The position numbers and the translations under genes were made by a program. 64,000 nt of DNA, from the NCBI GenBank assembly GCA_963803435.1, contig CAWDML010000009.1, positions 608,001-672,000 of the forward strand, read 5' to 3'. The number at the start of each line of letters is the position of its first letter. Within the stretch, counting starts at the first letter, position 1. The notes beneath the pieces were generated by a model. The model made no database searches, had not been told where the DNA came from, and saw only the letters and a program-made list of their open reading frames with translations. Below are positions 1-11,433 of the stretch, piece by piece. Source of the stretch: an uncultured delta proteobacterium (GTDB taxonomy: Bacteria; Myxococcota; Kuafuiibacteriia; Kuafuiibacteriales; Kuafuiibacteriaceae).

Positions 1-483
1 CTGGGCGCGACGGTGAACATGGACGGGACGGCGCTCTACCAGGGGGTGGCGGCGGTCTTCATCGCGCAGATCTACGGCATGCACCTCTCGATGCTCGACC
101 AGGCCACGATCGTCGTCTCCGCGACGCTCGCCTCGGTCGGCGCCGCCGGTGTCCCCGGGGCGGGCATCATCACCATCGCCACCGTCCTGACCGCGGTCGG
201 CGTCCCCACGGAGGGCCTGGCGCTGATCCTGGGGGTCGACCGCCTGCTCGACATGTTCCGGACCGCCACCAACGTCATGGGCGACGCCACCGCATCGGCG
301 TTCATGGCGCGGCTCGAGGGTGACAATCTCCGGATCATGACGGACGCGCAGGATCGTGCGGATCCCCACCGGGGCTTCGAGCGACGGCTGGAGAGCGGGA
401 CGCACCCCGTCACGGTGGAGGCTACGTCCGCTGGCTCCTCGGAAGCTCGATCACGAACGAGCACCCCTCACCCGGACGATTGA
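1..483 (+). CDS. Dicarboxylate/amino acid:cation symporter (DAACS/GltP family), C-terminal part; 5' end lies outside the window
   Basis: GATVNMDGTALY, ASVGAAGVPGAG and GVDRLLDMFRTATNVMGD motifs typical of DAACS transporters; frame open from base 1. Confidence 0.9.
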   Translation: MGATVNMDGTALYQGVAAVFIAQIYGMHLSMLDQATIVVSATLASVGAAGVPGAGIITIATVLTAVGVPTEGLALILGVDRLLDMFRTATNVMGDATASAFMARLEGDNLRIMTDAQDRADPHRGFERRLESGTHPVTVEATSAGSSEARSRTSTPHPDD

Positions 484-1483
484 CCACGCGGATTGCACCG
501 CCGTGCGCCTCGACCGCCTGCTTCACGATCATCAGCCCGAGCCCAAAGCCGCTCCGATCGTCGCCGACCTGCACGAACGGCTGGAACAGCCGCGAGGGCA
601 GATCCTCGGGGAGGCCACCGCACTGATCCTCGACCTCGAAGAGGATGTGGTCCTCCCGATCGAGCGCCCGGATCCAGAGCCGCCCGCCCGCGTGGGTGAA
701 CTTCACCGCGTTCGTGATGAGGTTGGTGAGCGCCGAGAGCATGAGCTTCGGGTCGACCTCGACCTGCAGCGGCTCGACCTCGACCTCGATGGCCAGATTG
801 CGGCGGTCGGCGGCCATCCGCACATCCTCGATCGCGGCCTCGATCAGCTGCGCGACGTCGATCGTCTGCGCGTGAAGCTGCGGCTGTCCCTGGAGACGGG
901 CCTCGACCAGCGAGTTGTCGACCAGCGACGAGAGCTGAGCGAGCGCGCGATCGACCCGCGCCATGTAGGGTGACGGGGCCGCGCCCTGCTGCGACATCAA
1001 CGCCAGCCCCAGCCGCGCCGTGTGCAGTGGGGTGCGGATCTCGTGGGCCACGAAGGAGAAGTGGCGCGCCGTCTCCTCGGCGATCTGGCGGTCCCGCTTC
1101 TTGGCGTACTCGGTGACCGAGTCCGAGGTGCCGCGCCCGATCAACCGCACCAGCTCCTTGGCCTCGCGCATCGAGACCCGCAGCTTCTCGGCCTCCGCCA
1201 TCTCGAGCACCGTCTCTCCGACCAGCGAGAACTCCTGTGCCAGCCCGCCGATGTCGAGACCGATCTCGACCCGATGCCGGCCATGGGATCGCGCGCTCGC
1301 GCTCTTCGGCCACTCCTCTGGCGGCGTCTCGAGGCACTCGGCCAGCTCGTCGAGGAAGCCGGGCAGGTCGTTGATCAGCTGGGGGCGGACATCCGCGTCG
1401 AGCGCGAGGCGCTCGGCGACGTTTCGCACCCAGCGACCCATGATCGCGTCTCGATTTGCGCGAATGAACTCTCCCAACGACAC
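422..1483 (-). CDS. Cytoplasmic sensor histidine kinase (RsbRD_N-like N-terminus, HisKA, HATPase_c)
   Basis: H-box FVAHEIRTPL, N-box NLITNAVKFT, G1 VEDQCGGL, F-box LFQPFVQ, G2 GFGLGL; no TM segment. Confidence 0.9.
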   Translation of the reverse strand: MSLGEFIRANRDAIMGRWVRNVAERLALDADVRPQLINDLPGFLDELAECLETPPEEWPKSASARSHGRHRVEIGLDIGGLAQEFSLVGETVLEMAEAEKLRVSMREAKELVRLIGRGTSDSVTEYAKKRDRQIAEETARHFSFVAHEIRTPLHTARLGLALMSQQGAAPSPYMARVDRALAQLSSLVDNSLVEARLQGQPQLHAQTIDVAQLIEAAIEDVRMAADRRNLAIEVEVEPLQVEVDPKLMLSALTNLITNAVKFTHAGGRLWIRALDREDHILFEVEDQCGGLPEDLPSRLFQPFVQVGDDRSGFGLGLMIVKQAVEAHGGAIRVVNRPGEGCSFVIELPRSQRT

Positions 1484-1590
1484 GGGCGGGACGAACGCAC
1501 ACGGCGTGCCGCTCGTTCGCGGCGCGTTCGCCCGCGCGCCGATCGGTGGCCGGTGCGTGCTGCCTCAGTGCTGTGCGGGCAGGCCTCACC

Positions 1591-2949
1591 TCACTCGAAG
1601 CTGAGCCCGCCCTCGACCGCCGCCGACGCCAGCGACAGCTCGCCCGTCTCCTGTTCCACCAGACTGAGCAGCCCGGCCCCGGCGGCGCCGAATCGCTCCT
1701 GGATCCTGCGGATCGCACGGCGTGCGCTCTCCTTCACGGCGCGGTGGGTGAACAGCCCGCCGGCACAGTCGGTGAGATGCTCGATCGAGGAGAGCGTACC
1801 GACCAGACCGAGCGTGTAGGCCGACGCCAGCCGCACCCGCAGGTTGGGATGGTGGAGCAGCTCGATGAGGTCGCTCTCCACCGAGGCGTCGCCGATCGCA
1901 CCCAGCGCGGCGACGGCGTCCACGAGCAGGTCGTTGCTCGGCCGCGGATCGCGCAGCATTTCGAGCACCTCGGGGAGCAGCTCGCGACGCTCCGAGGCCG
2001 CGATCGCACGAAGGGCGGCGCTCACCACGCTGGTGAACGGCGAGCTGAGGAGCCGCGAGAGCGTGTCCTCGACGACGGCGCCCCGATAGCGCATGGCCAG
2101 CTGCCGGATCGCGTACAGCTTCAGCGCCACGCTGACGCTCGGCTCGTCGATCGCACCGACGATCTGCGGCAGGCCGTCGACCCCGCGTCCCAGCGCCGCC
2201 GCCAGACGCACGACCGGGTCGGGATCGGCGCTGGCGATGGGGAGCGCGGTGCGTGCCTCGGGGGAGTCGGGGAAGTATTCGAACAGTAGCTGGAAGCTCT
2301 TGCGCCGGATGCCGTCCACGGGGTCCGCGAGGTTCCGGTCCAGCGCCCGCGGAATGGCCGCGTCCTCGATCATGAGCGCTTCGGCGAGATCGCAGAGCAT
2401 GTGGAGCACCCCGATCAGACGGCGCTCGCTCGCGATGTGGCCGAGCTCGCGATGCGTGATGCGCCCATAGCCGACCGCAGCCCCGTGCATGCCGACCGCG
2501 AGCCTGACCAGCTCGCGCGTCTTCTGATCCAGGACGGCGGCGAGCCGCACCTCGTTGCCCTGTACCACCGTGAGGGTGTCGAGGGCCGCGTCGCCGGTGG
2601 ACAGCCCGCTCCGCTCGCGCTCCTCGAGCATCCAGCCGGTCCGAAAGCGTCGCCGCATGCGGAACGTCATCGGGATGTTCTTCGGATCCTCGAGATGAAA
2701 GCGCGTCACCTCGGAGAGCCCGCTGCTCGTGCCCATCTGGGCCGTCTCGACGCGGATGTTGACCGACCCGATCGATCCGTACATCCGCAGGTCTGGGCCC
2801 ACCTCGAGGACGAGACCGAGACGTTGCGCGGTGTGGCGCCAGGCATCCACCAGCTGGCTGCGGCGGCGGGCCTTGCGAAGCTGGACGGCGCGGCGGACGC
2901 CGGCTCCGACGAAGGCGATGGATCCGACCATCAAGAGCTCGCCGAGCAC
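1591..2949 (-). CDS. HEAT-repeat protein with N-terminal membrane anchor
   Basis: N-terminal hydrophobic helix; C-terminal repeats such as DPDPVVRLAAALG, AVAALGAIGD, RVRLASAYTLGLVG. Confidence 0.75.
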   Translation of the reverse strand: MLGELLMVGSIAFVGAGVRRAVQLRKARRRSQLVDAWRHTAQRLGLVLEVGPDLRMYGSIGSVNIRVETAQMGTSSGLSEVTRFHLEDPKNIPMTFRMRRRFRTGWMLEERERSGLSTGDAALDTLTVVQGNEVRLAAVLDQKTRELVRLAVGMHGAAVGYGRITHRELGHIASERRLIGVLHMLCDLAEALMIEDAAIPRALDRNLADPVDGIRRKSFQLLFEYFPDSPEARTALPIASADPDPVVRLAAALGRGVDGLPQIVGAIDEPSVSVALKLYAIRQLAMRYRGAVVEDTLSRLLSSPFTSVVSAALRAIAASERRELLPEVLEMLRDPRPSNDLLVDAVAALGAIGDASVESDLIELLHHPNLRVRLASAYTLGLVGTLSSIEHLTDCAGGLFTHRAVKESARRAIRRIQERFGAAGAGLLSLVEQETGELSLASAAVEGGLSFE

Positions 2950-2967
2950 CGAGACGATCGTATCACT

Positions 2968-4206
2968 TCACAGGTGCGGCCCGTCGAGCGCCGCGCTCAG
3001 GCCATACGCCGTGCCACCGATCACCAGGCCGGCGATCAAGCTGATCCATGGGGCCGAATCCTCCTCGAAGAGGGATCCGACGGTGAACGTGGCCCCGGCG
3101 CCGATGAGGCTGTATCCGAATGGACCCAAGAGGAGCCCCCGGGGGTTGACGTCTTCTGGCGCGGTGTCGTCCGCGTGGCGGGCGCCGAGAGTGGTGAATG
3201 CGGAGCCGCCCGAACAGTCGCCGCCCGGCTCGTCGAAGCAGGCCGTCACCAGATCGCGGTCCTGCGTCGCGACGGCGGCGACCAGCACGCCGGCGCCGAT
3301 CACCGACAGCGCGATGCCGCTCCAGAAGACGATCCGGTCTGCGATGCGGGATGGGTTGTTCTCGAGCGCTCGAAGATCGACGCTCACCGGCGCGGTCTGC
3401 CCGCGCTCCACCAGCACGCTCACGGTGAACGGTGCGTGCTTGGGATCGGTCAGCTCGATCACGTGCGTCCCAGGGCGGACCCGTCGGACCGCGATCGGCT
3501 CGTCCTGCGTGACGCCGACCGTGGTGCCGTCGATGGAAATGCCGGCGCCTTCGACGTCGCAGGTAATCTCGAGGGCGCCGTAGGGCTCGTAGTACCCGGC
3601 CTCCTCGAGCGGAGGTCGCAGCGTCTTCGTGAAGAGATCGTTCATGAAGCCCCGGGCCAGGGCCGCGGTGGGGATCTCCTTGCGCCGGACCTCGGCGAGA
3701 ACCGCGGACGCGGCGACGCGGGCCTCCAGATCGTCCTCCCAGCCATCCCTGCGTCGATCGGCCGCGTGAAAGAGGGCCAGCGCCTGATCCGTGTCGACCA
3801 GCAGCGCGGACATCCGGTCCGGCTGTCCCTCGCGAGTGACGTTCGTGAGGACCAGCAGATATCTCGAGTAGACGACGCCGTCGCGCCGCAGGCGATCGAC
3901 ATGCTCGCGAAATGGAGCGAGCTCGCCGCTGTCCGTCATCAGCGCCTCGCGCCGATAGTCGGGCCGTGCCTTGAGCGACAGGCAGACGAGCCGGCCCCGG
4001 CACTCGTCCATCAGGGAGGCGTCGAGCAGCACCGGGCGCAGATTCGTGTGCGCGGCGAAGAGCTCGTCGAGGATGCGGATGATCTCGGAGCTGTTGACGG
4101 CCGCAATCTCGCCGGTCGGCGTGCTCAGCAGGAACGAGAGCGGCTGCGGCTCCTCGAGGTGAACCTCGGGCGTCGCCGTCAGGAGCGCCAGGCCGAGGAG
4201 GAGCAC
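2968..4206 (-). CDS. PEGA-domain exported/membrane protein
   Basis: Signal-like N-terminus; PEGA-like segment GALEITCDVEGAGISIDG...VRPGTHVIEL; C-terminal hydrophobic helices. Confidence 0.7.
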   Translation of the reverse strand: MLLLGLALLTATPEVHLEEPQPLSFLLSTPTGEIAAVNSSEIIRILDELFAAHTNLRPVLLDASLMDECRGRLVCLSLKARPDYRREALMTDSGELAPFREHVDRLRRDGVVYSRYLLVLTNVTREGQPDRMSALLVDTDQALALFHAADRRRDGWEDDLEARVAASAVLAEVRRKEIPTAALARGFMNDLFTKTLRPPLEEAGYYEPYGALEITCDVEGAGISIDGTTVGVTQDEPIAVRRVRPGTHVIELTDPKHAPFTVSVLVERGQTAPVSVDLRALENNPSRIADRIVFWSGIALSVIGAGVLVAAVATQDRDLVTACFDEPGGDCSGGSAFTTLGARHADDTAPEDVNPRGLLLGPFGYSLIGAGATFTVGSLFEEDSAPWISLIAGLVIGGTAYGLSAALDGPHL

Positions 4207-4253
4207 GCGAAGATGGTAGCCTCAGATCGGCAGCACGGCCATGATGACCGGGC

Positions 4254-5741
4254 GTGGTGGAGTGCGACGTCGCCGTCATCGGAGGGGGCCCCGCAGGTGC
4301 AGCGGCCGCCACCGTCCTCGCGGGACACGGACATCGCGTGCACGTCCTCGAACGCGCCCGGCTGCCTCGCGCGCACGTCGGTGAGTCGCTCCCCCCGAAG
4401 GTGGCGCCTCTTCTCGCGATCCTGGGAGTCGCCGAGCGCATCGACGCGGCCGGATTCGAGCGGATGCGCGGGACCACGATCGCGCGGGGGAACGGGATCG
4501 ACAGCCACGACTTCCACCCCGGCGGTGCGCTGCGAGGGTATCAGGTCGATCGGGCTCGGTTCGATCGGATCCTGATCGAACGGGCGCGAGAGGTCGGCGC
4601 GACGGTCCTGGAGGAGGCGGCCTTCACCGGGGTGCTGCGCGAGGGCTCACGCGTGGTCGGTGTCTGCTTCTCGCACGGCGGGGGTGCGGAGGAGCTCCGC
4701 GCCCGCTTCGTGGTCGACGCCTCCGGGACCCCGGCGGTGGTCTCGCGCGCGCTCGGGATGAAGCGCCGCGATGCGATCCGCACGGTCGCCCTGTCGGCGT
4801 ACTGGGAAGGGACGCGGGCACCGGTGACGTTTCCGGCGACCAACACGCTCTTCGAGATGGTGGAGGACGGCTGGGTGTGGTCGCTCCTGCGCGCGGACGG
4901 GCTCCGAAACGTCACGCTCGGGCTCGATCCTGCAACCCTCCAGACCGCCGGGGTCTCGAAGCGAGAGGTCTATCTCGAGCGGGTGCGCGACGGGTTGCTG
5001 GTGGCGCCGCTGCTCGAGGGGGCGCGCCTCACCGGGACGGTCGAGATCGCCGACGCCACCTGGTCATCGGCCGAGCGCTACGCGGGGGATGGCTTTCTGT
5101 TCGCCGGGGACGCGGCCTCCACCATCGACCCGCTCACGTCGCAGGGCGTCTACAAGGCGCTCCAGTCCGGCATCGTGGGAGCGGCTGCGATCAACACCTG
5201 CTTGTCGCGCCCGGAGGACGCCGCCCTGGCGCTCGTCTACTACCAGGCGTCTCAGGAGGAGTTCCAGCGCAACTACGCCGAGATCGCGCTCGACCTTCTA
5301 TCGCGCTTCACCGTTTCAGGAGGCGCCCTTTTGGAGGACGCGCATGCGCTCGGAGGCCCTGGCGGAGGCCGGCATCGACGCGGACCGCATCAAGGAGGAG
5401 CTCGACCGCCGCCTGGCCTTCTACGAGCGCCTCGGTCGCTCCGGCGGGTCGGGCCTGACGGCGGCGCGGCGGGCAGATTCTGTCCTGCGAGCTGCGGCCC
5501 GCCGCCGAGGGCGGGTTCATCGTCAAAAAGCCAATGCTCTCCGACGGAACGGCGCGCCCGGTCGACAGCGGGCGCCTCGACGCTCCGCTGCTCCTCGAGC
5601 TCCTCGACGGCCGCACGCTCTCCGAGGTGTTCGAGGCGTACGTCGCGCGGACCGGCGAGGAGCGCTCGTCCCGCCTCGGCCGCTCGCTTCTCACGACGGT
5701 GGCCCAGCTCGCGGCTCGGGATTCTGATCGAGGTGGTCTAG
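4254..5741 (+). CDS. FAD-dependent oxidoreductase of the halogenase/geranylgeranyl reductase superfamily; frameshifted in the 3' third
   Basis: VIGGGPAG, HVGESL, VDRARFD, GWVWSL, AGDAASTIDPLTSQG motifs; plausible coding continues in other frames after about 5295, 5480 and 5720. Confidence 0.8.
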   Translation: MVECDVAVIGGGPAGAAAATVLAGHGHRVHVLERARLPRAHVGESLPPKVAPLLAILGVAERIDAAGFERMRGTTIARGNGIDSHDFHPGGALRGYQVDRARFDRILIERAREVGATVLEEAAFTGVLREGSRVVGVCFSHGGGAEELRARFVVDASGTPAVVSRALGMKRRDAIRTVALSAYWEGTRAPVTFPATNTLFEMVEDGWVWSLLRADGLRNVTLGLDPATLQTAGVSKREVYLERVRDGLLVAPLLEGARLTGTVEIADATWSSAERYAGDGFLFAGDAASTIDPLTSQGVYKALQSGIVGAAAINTCLSRPEDAALALVYYQASQEEFQRNYAEIALDLLSRFTVSGGALLEDAHALGGPGGGRHRRGPHQGGARPPPGLLRAPRSLRRVGPDGGAAGRFCPASCGPPPRAGSSSKSQCSPTERRARSTAGASTLRCSSSSSTAARSPRCSRRTSRGPARSARPASAARFSRRWPSSRLGILIEVV

Positions 5742-5813
5742 GCTGGTGTGCGCATGCGCTGCGCGGGCGGCACCTGACGGACCTACCGGCAGGTCCGCTA
5801 GAGTGATTCTACC

Positions 5814-6218
5814 GTGACCGAGGATGCTTACGAGCTCACCACCGAGGATCTGATCGAGACGTTCGACACCGACTCGATCGCGCCGCCGTCTGTGCAAGTT
5901 GGCTTGCCGACGCCGCGGACTCGCTCGAACGTCTCGGTGACCGGAGCGACGCCGCCTCCAGCGCCGACCGCCGACCGACCTCGGTTCGTGCCCTCGGCGC
6001 TCTCTCGGCCGATCAAGGAGCGGACGCGCAGCCAACGCGAGCTGAAGCTCGACGAGGGGCCGACCAGCCTGGTGTCGAAGGCCGCCGCGTTCTTCGAGGA
6101 GGCGCTCGAGGCGGAGCGGGAAGGGGACGTAGCTGCTGCGATCCGCCACGTGAAGCTGGCGATGACGTTCAACCCCGCCGACCCACGGTATGCGGGCTTC
6201 CTCAGCAAGCTCCGCTGA
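5814..6218 (+). CDS. Hypothetical protein with C-terminal TPR-like helix pair
   Basis: Pro-rich linker then FEEALEAEREGDVAAAIRHVKLAMTFNPADPRY. Confidence 0.55.
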   Translation: MTEDAYELTTEDLIETFDTDSIAPPSVQVGLPTPRTRSNVSVTGATPPPAPTADRPRFVPSALSRPIKERTRSQRELKLDEGPTSLVSKAAAFFEEALEAEREGDVAAAIRHVKLAMTFNPADPRYAGFLSKLR

Positions 6219-6221
6219 AGC

Positions 6222-9200
6222 TCACTTCTCAGGCTCGGTGCCGGCGCGGAGCCCGTGTCCGTTGCTCGCTCCGTCCGACAGCGCGTTGAGCTTCATCAGC
6301 TCGATCAGCTCGAGCAGGGGCCTCGTCAAGCTCCGCACCTCTTCCAGGTTCTGCGCGGAAGAACGAACGAGCGGGAGCAGCGCCGCCTCCAGCTCCTTGG
6401 GGGCCTGGTTCTGGACCTCGACCCTGACCTCGGAGGGTGAGCTCAGCTTCGCCACCGCCGAGTCGAGCCTCGCCAGATGCTGGTCGAGCCAGGCGTCGCT
6501 CCGCTCGGCGCCCATCGCCTCCGCGATCCGCATCTGGATCCGATCGAGGTGCTCGCCCAGGCTCCCGATCGTCGAGGTGACACGCACGACTGGGTCCTGA
6601 TCGCCGCCGCCGGTGACCTGCACGCGCCGGAAGTCCTTCTTGATCTGCTCCCAGCGCTGCGACTCCTCGTCGGTGAGGCGCCCGCGCAGCTCGGCGAGCT
6701 TGAGCAGGTTGTGCTCGGCGCCGGTCGTCAGCGTCTGGGCCTCGCTCCGCGTAGTGATCGTCGATCAGCGCCTCCAGCTCGGCGTCGTTCATCGCCGGCA
6801 CGACCTTCTCGGCGAGCTTGTTCATGTTGCGGTAGCTGCCCTGGAGCTTGAACGGCGGCTCGGTGCGGAAGCGGTCGTCCTGCGACGCCGACGCGATGTA
6901 CTCGCGGTTCACGGCCAGGAGCACCTCTCGCGCCGCGAACAGCCGCTGAGAGCACCGCGACGATCTCCTCGCTCTCGACGCGGAGTAGGCGTGCGCGAAG
7001 TCGGTCGTCCGGGACCTCCTCGCCCCTCGCCATGCGGATGAGCTTGTAGGCGTCGTCGAGCGCGCGCGCGGCGAGCGGCGCGAGCACCGGGTTGGAGGTG
7101 AGCGCGTTCTCGACGTAGCAGAGCGCGAAGAGCTCGTCCTTGCCGTGGAGGATGTCGCCGAGGTTGTAGGTGTCGGCGCGGTTCGCCAGCATGTCGGGGA
7201 TCTGGAACTTCTCGCCGGACTCCGTGTACGGATTGCCCGGCCATGACCACGCAGAACTTCTTGCCGCGCAGGTCGTAGGTCCGCGTCTGGCCCTTCCAGA
7301 CGCCCTCGATCCGCCGCTGCGCGTCGCACAGCGAGATGAACTTCTGCAGCAGCTCCGGGTTCGTGTGCTGGATGTCGTCGAGGTAGAGCATCACGTTGTT
7401 GCCCATCTCGAACGCGAGGTTGATCTTCTCGACCTCCTGGCGCGCGGTGGCGTTGGGCGCCTCGGCGGGATCGAGCGAGGTCACCTCGTGGCCGAGCGCC
7501 GGGCCGTTGACCTTCATGAAGACGAGCCCGAGCCGGCTGGCCACGTACTCCATCAGCGTGGTCTTGCCGTAGCCGGGCGGCGAGACCAGCAGCAGCAGGC
7601 CCATCAGGTCGGTGCGCTTGCTCTCGCCGGCCGCGCCGATCTGCTTGGCGAGGTTGTCGCCGATCAGCGGCAGGTAGACCTCGTTGATCAGCCGGTTGCG
7701 CACGAAGGAGGTGAGCACGCGCGGCTTCAGCTCGTCGAGCCGCAGGCGGCGCCGCTCGCGCTCGACGATCTCGGCGCGCAGCGCGCGAAACGCTCGGAAG
7801 GCCGGCACCCGGACCTCGCGAGAACGCGGTCGAGCCGCGCGAGGAACTCGTCGAGGCGGAGGCGAAGGGTGCGCTCCACGATACGCGGGTGCTGGCCGAG
7901 CAGCCCCTCGATCGTGACTGCGGTGACGCGCTGCTCTCGACGCGCGGCAGGCCCTCCGTCACCAGCAGCACCGCCGCCTCGATCAGCGAGGGCGCCAACG
8001 CCTCGATCGCGCCCGAGCCGCCCTCGAGCAGCGCCTCGAGGTAGGCGAGGGCGACGGACAGCTTCTCGGGAAGGCTCCGCTCGAGAGCCTCGAGGTCCTC
8101 CTCGAACAGCCGGAGCGTGCCCTCCAGCGTGACGTGCTGGAACAGGGCGTCGCGGAGCTTGACCGCGTCGCGCCCTGGTGAACGAAGGACGGTCCGCGAT
8201 CAGCTCCTCGACCAGGTACCGCCCGGCCAGGCGTAGCGTGCCGGTCCGGTGCTCGATCGCGTGCGCCTCCAGGAAGTCCGCGATCGCACCCGAGAGCTCG
8301 CCGGCGAGGGTCTCCTCGGCGCGCTGGTGGGCGAAGGATCGCCGCGAGCCGCCCCAGGCTGCGGGCGCGCCGCTGCCAGAGCGCCTTGCGATCGGCGTCG
8401 TCGAGGTACGCCCAGAAGAGGCACGCCCACGCGCGCGGCTCGGGGCGAAGCGAAGCAGCCCGCGCTGTGGCGCAGCGCCGCCAGCAACTTGTCCAGGATC
8501 GCGGCCGCGTCGGCGTCGTGGACGCCGCGCTCGTAGCCCTCGTCGTAGCGGTCGGCCGCGTACCTTCGAACGGCCTCGAGCAGCTCGCCGCTCTCGAGGC
8601 GCGACGAGATCCGAGATCGCGCATCATCGAGGACGCGAGGTACTCGCCGCGGTAGACCGCGTCCGTCTCGGAGACGAGCTTCTGGTCCCAGAGCGCGCGG
8701 CCGGCCTCGAAGCGGGGATCGTCGATCTTCTCGTAGTACTGCGTGCCGGTGAGGTGCAGGTACATCGCGCCGTCGCGCGGCACCAGCGTGAGCTCGAGCG
8801 GCTGCGTGTTGACGTTGAACCGGTGCTGCCCGAGCTTGATGACGCTCTCGCCGTCGTCGTAGAGGTCCAGCTTGTCGCGCAGGTCCGCGGAGGCGTCCTG
8901 CTTGGCCGACTTCAGGCGCGACTCGATCTCGTCGGCCTTCACCGTGTCGCCGAGCTCGACGAGCTGCCCGACGAGCTCCCGGAGCTTGAGCACCATCGCG
9001 TCGGAGGCGAAGTACGCGTTGAGCTCGTCGTCCTCGCCGAAGCTCTTGGCGCGCCGATTCACGCTCTCCAGGATCCGCTCGGCCGCGGTGGCGATGTTCT
9101 GGGCCCGCCGCTGGCGCTCGTCGAGGAGCTGCTGCTTCTTGGCCTCGAAGGCCTCGTAGACCTCCTCGCGCTTGCTCGCGAGCTCGCCGAGGAACTCGTC

Positions 9201-11433
9201 GAACTCGCCGAACCGGCCCTCCAGCTCCTCGAGCTGGACCATCAGGCGCGAGAGCTGCTCGTCGCAATGCTCGGGCGTGTCGGCCAGGGCGATCGCGCTG
9301 GTCACGCTCTGGCCGAGCAGCTTGAACTGGGCGCCGAACTCGGCCTTGCCCTCCCTCGAGAGCAGCGTCGCTTGTGCGGTGACCAGCGTCGCGCGCACGC
9401 GGTTCAGGTGGGCGAACACCTCGGAGATGTGCTCCAGGATCTCGGTGCGCTGCGGTGGCGTCGTCGACCTCCAGCCCGGCCACCGTCTCGGAGAGGAGGT
9501 CGAGCCCCTGCGTGAGGATCGTCCAGCTCCTTCTCCAGCGGCACGAGCTCGGTTGGCCTTGTCGGTGTCCTCGACCTTGGCGAGCAGCGCCTCGAGCTGC
9601 TCGAGCAGCGGGGACAGCGCGTCGTCGGCGAGGAGGAAGGCGACGCAGTGCTTGCTGACGCGTCGAACTGCTCGACGACCTCCTGCTCGAGGCGGTCGAG
9701 CGCGGCCAGGTCGATGTAGCGCACCTCGCTCAGCGTGATGAGCTGGCCGCGCTGCTTCCTGAGCGCCGCCAGCGCGTCGAGGAACTCCGAGATCTGCTTC
9801 GAGTCTTCCGGACGGAGCTCGCGGACGATCGCCTTCTGCTGCTCCTCGGTCTGCTTCAGCGCCTGCTCGGCGCGTTCGCGGAGCGCCAGCACCTTCTCGA
9901 ACTCGTCGACGATCAGCTCGGCGTGGTCTTGATCTCGATCGAGCGTGGTCTTGAAGTCGCCCGCCTCGGCCTCGCCGAGCCAGTAGTAGCTGTCGACGCA
10001 TCCGGGTGACGTTCGCGATCAGGTCCTCGTAACTCTGGCGCGTCGGGCGCTCCTGATGGATCGGCGGACGCATCGAGTCAGGCGTCGGAGATCCCGCGCA
10101 CCAGATCGGCGTTGCCGACCTTGGCCAGGTAGGAGCCGCGTCGGGGCGTGGCGGCCGCGAACTCGGCGGAGGTGAACGGGCGTCTGCCAGATCTGCATCG
10201 GGTGCACGCGGGTCGGCTCGTCTGAGACCGCGCGGAACACCACCATGTTGCCGTCGTCGAACAGGCTGAAGCCGTGGCAGACGGATCGGGTTCTGGACCT
10301 CCTTGCGGATCAGGTTGTAGGGGAGGAGCACGTAGCGTCCCGCGAGCTCGTGATAGAAGACGTAGAGCACGTCCTCGCCGTTCGGGCGAGCTGATCGCCC
10401 GCATGAAGCTCGAGGTTCGTCGTAGTCGCCGTCGAAGACCTTGTGCTCGCCGGTCTGCAGGTAGTAGCCGCCGGGGAAGATGATCCCGTGGTCCTCGGGC
10501 AGCTGACGCAGGCCTCGCCGATCGCGTCGAGCCGGCGCACGTCCTTGGTCCGCGTGTTGAACACCAGGTGGCGCCAGGCGTTCTCGCGATAGGGCAGGAT
10601 CTTGAGGAGAATCAGCGGACCCGACCTTCGCGTAGTGGATCTCGGCGTCGTCGAGCGTCTGGCGCGGGTCGTCGACCGGCTCGCGGTAGATGCCCAGCCC
10701 GTCCTCGGTGTTGTTCTCGACCTTGATCGTGAGATCGCCGCCGACGGTCTCGACGAACACCTGGTCGAGGATCGAGACGTGCGGGTGGCGCCCCGAGACC
10801 TGGTCCTCGCGGGTGGTCTGGATCCACTCGAAGTCGATGCGGCGGCGGCAAGACGTGGTCGCGCTCGCCCGCGGTTGTCGATGTACGTCGGGTTCCGTCG
10901 GGATCGAGCGACCAGCGGAGCACCTTGACGTCGTCGAGCGTCGCGGCCGACCTGGAACACCGCGAGCAGCTGCGTCTCGCTGCGAGATCTCGGATCACGA
11001 GCAGCTTGGCGTCCTTGTAGTACCGGTACAGCTCGTCGAAGTCGCGGGCGAAGCCGGGATCGACCAGCAGGCCGGGGACGCTGTCCGCCGGGGCCTGCGA
11101 TAGATCGAAGCCACCCTCGGGGGTGCGCTCGAAGCGGTGCAGGCTGAAGACGTCGCCGACCTGGTCTCGGTGCTTGAGACCGATGAAGACGTTGTAGCCG
11201 AAGAGCAGCTGCCCGCCGACCTGGACGATGTCGCGGGGGACGCAGTTGTTCTCGGTGCGCACGCGCTCGTTGCCGATCACCGCGAGCTCGGTCCCGCCGA
11301 AGGTCTCCTTGCGGCGGGCGTTGAGCTGGTCCGCCTTCCCGGTCAGCACCTCGGCCGGCTCGAGAAGGCGGGATCGGATGACCTCGTAGCTCCCGCCCTC
11401 GAGGGCGTCGTTCGTCTGCTCGCCGTCGCTCAT
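6222..11433 (-). CDS. Giant (~1700 aa) 'DNA repair ATPase' (DUF3686-type N-terminus, coiled coil, C-terminal AAA domain); many frameshifts in this sequence
   Basis: Fragments join into one protein: GGSYEVIRSRL...RTENNCVPRDIV; FVETVGGDLTIKVENNTE; LPEDHGIIFPGGYYLQTG; Walker A SPPGYGKTTLMEY; Walker B MLYLDDIQH; TEPPFKLQGSYRNMNKLAEK; ATG overlaps the flotillin TGA. Confidence 0.8.
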
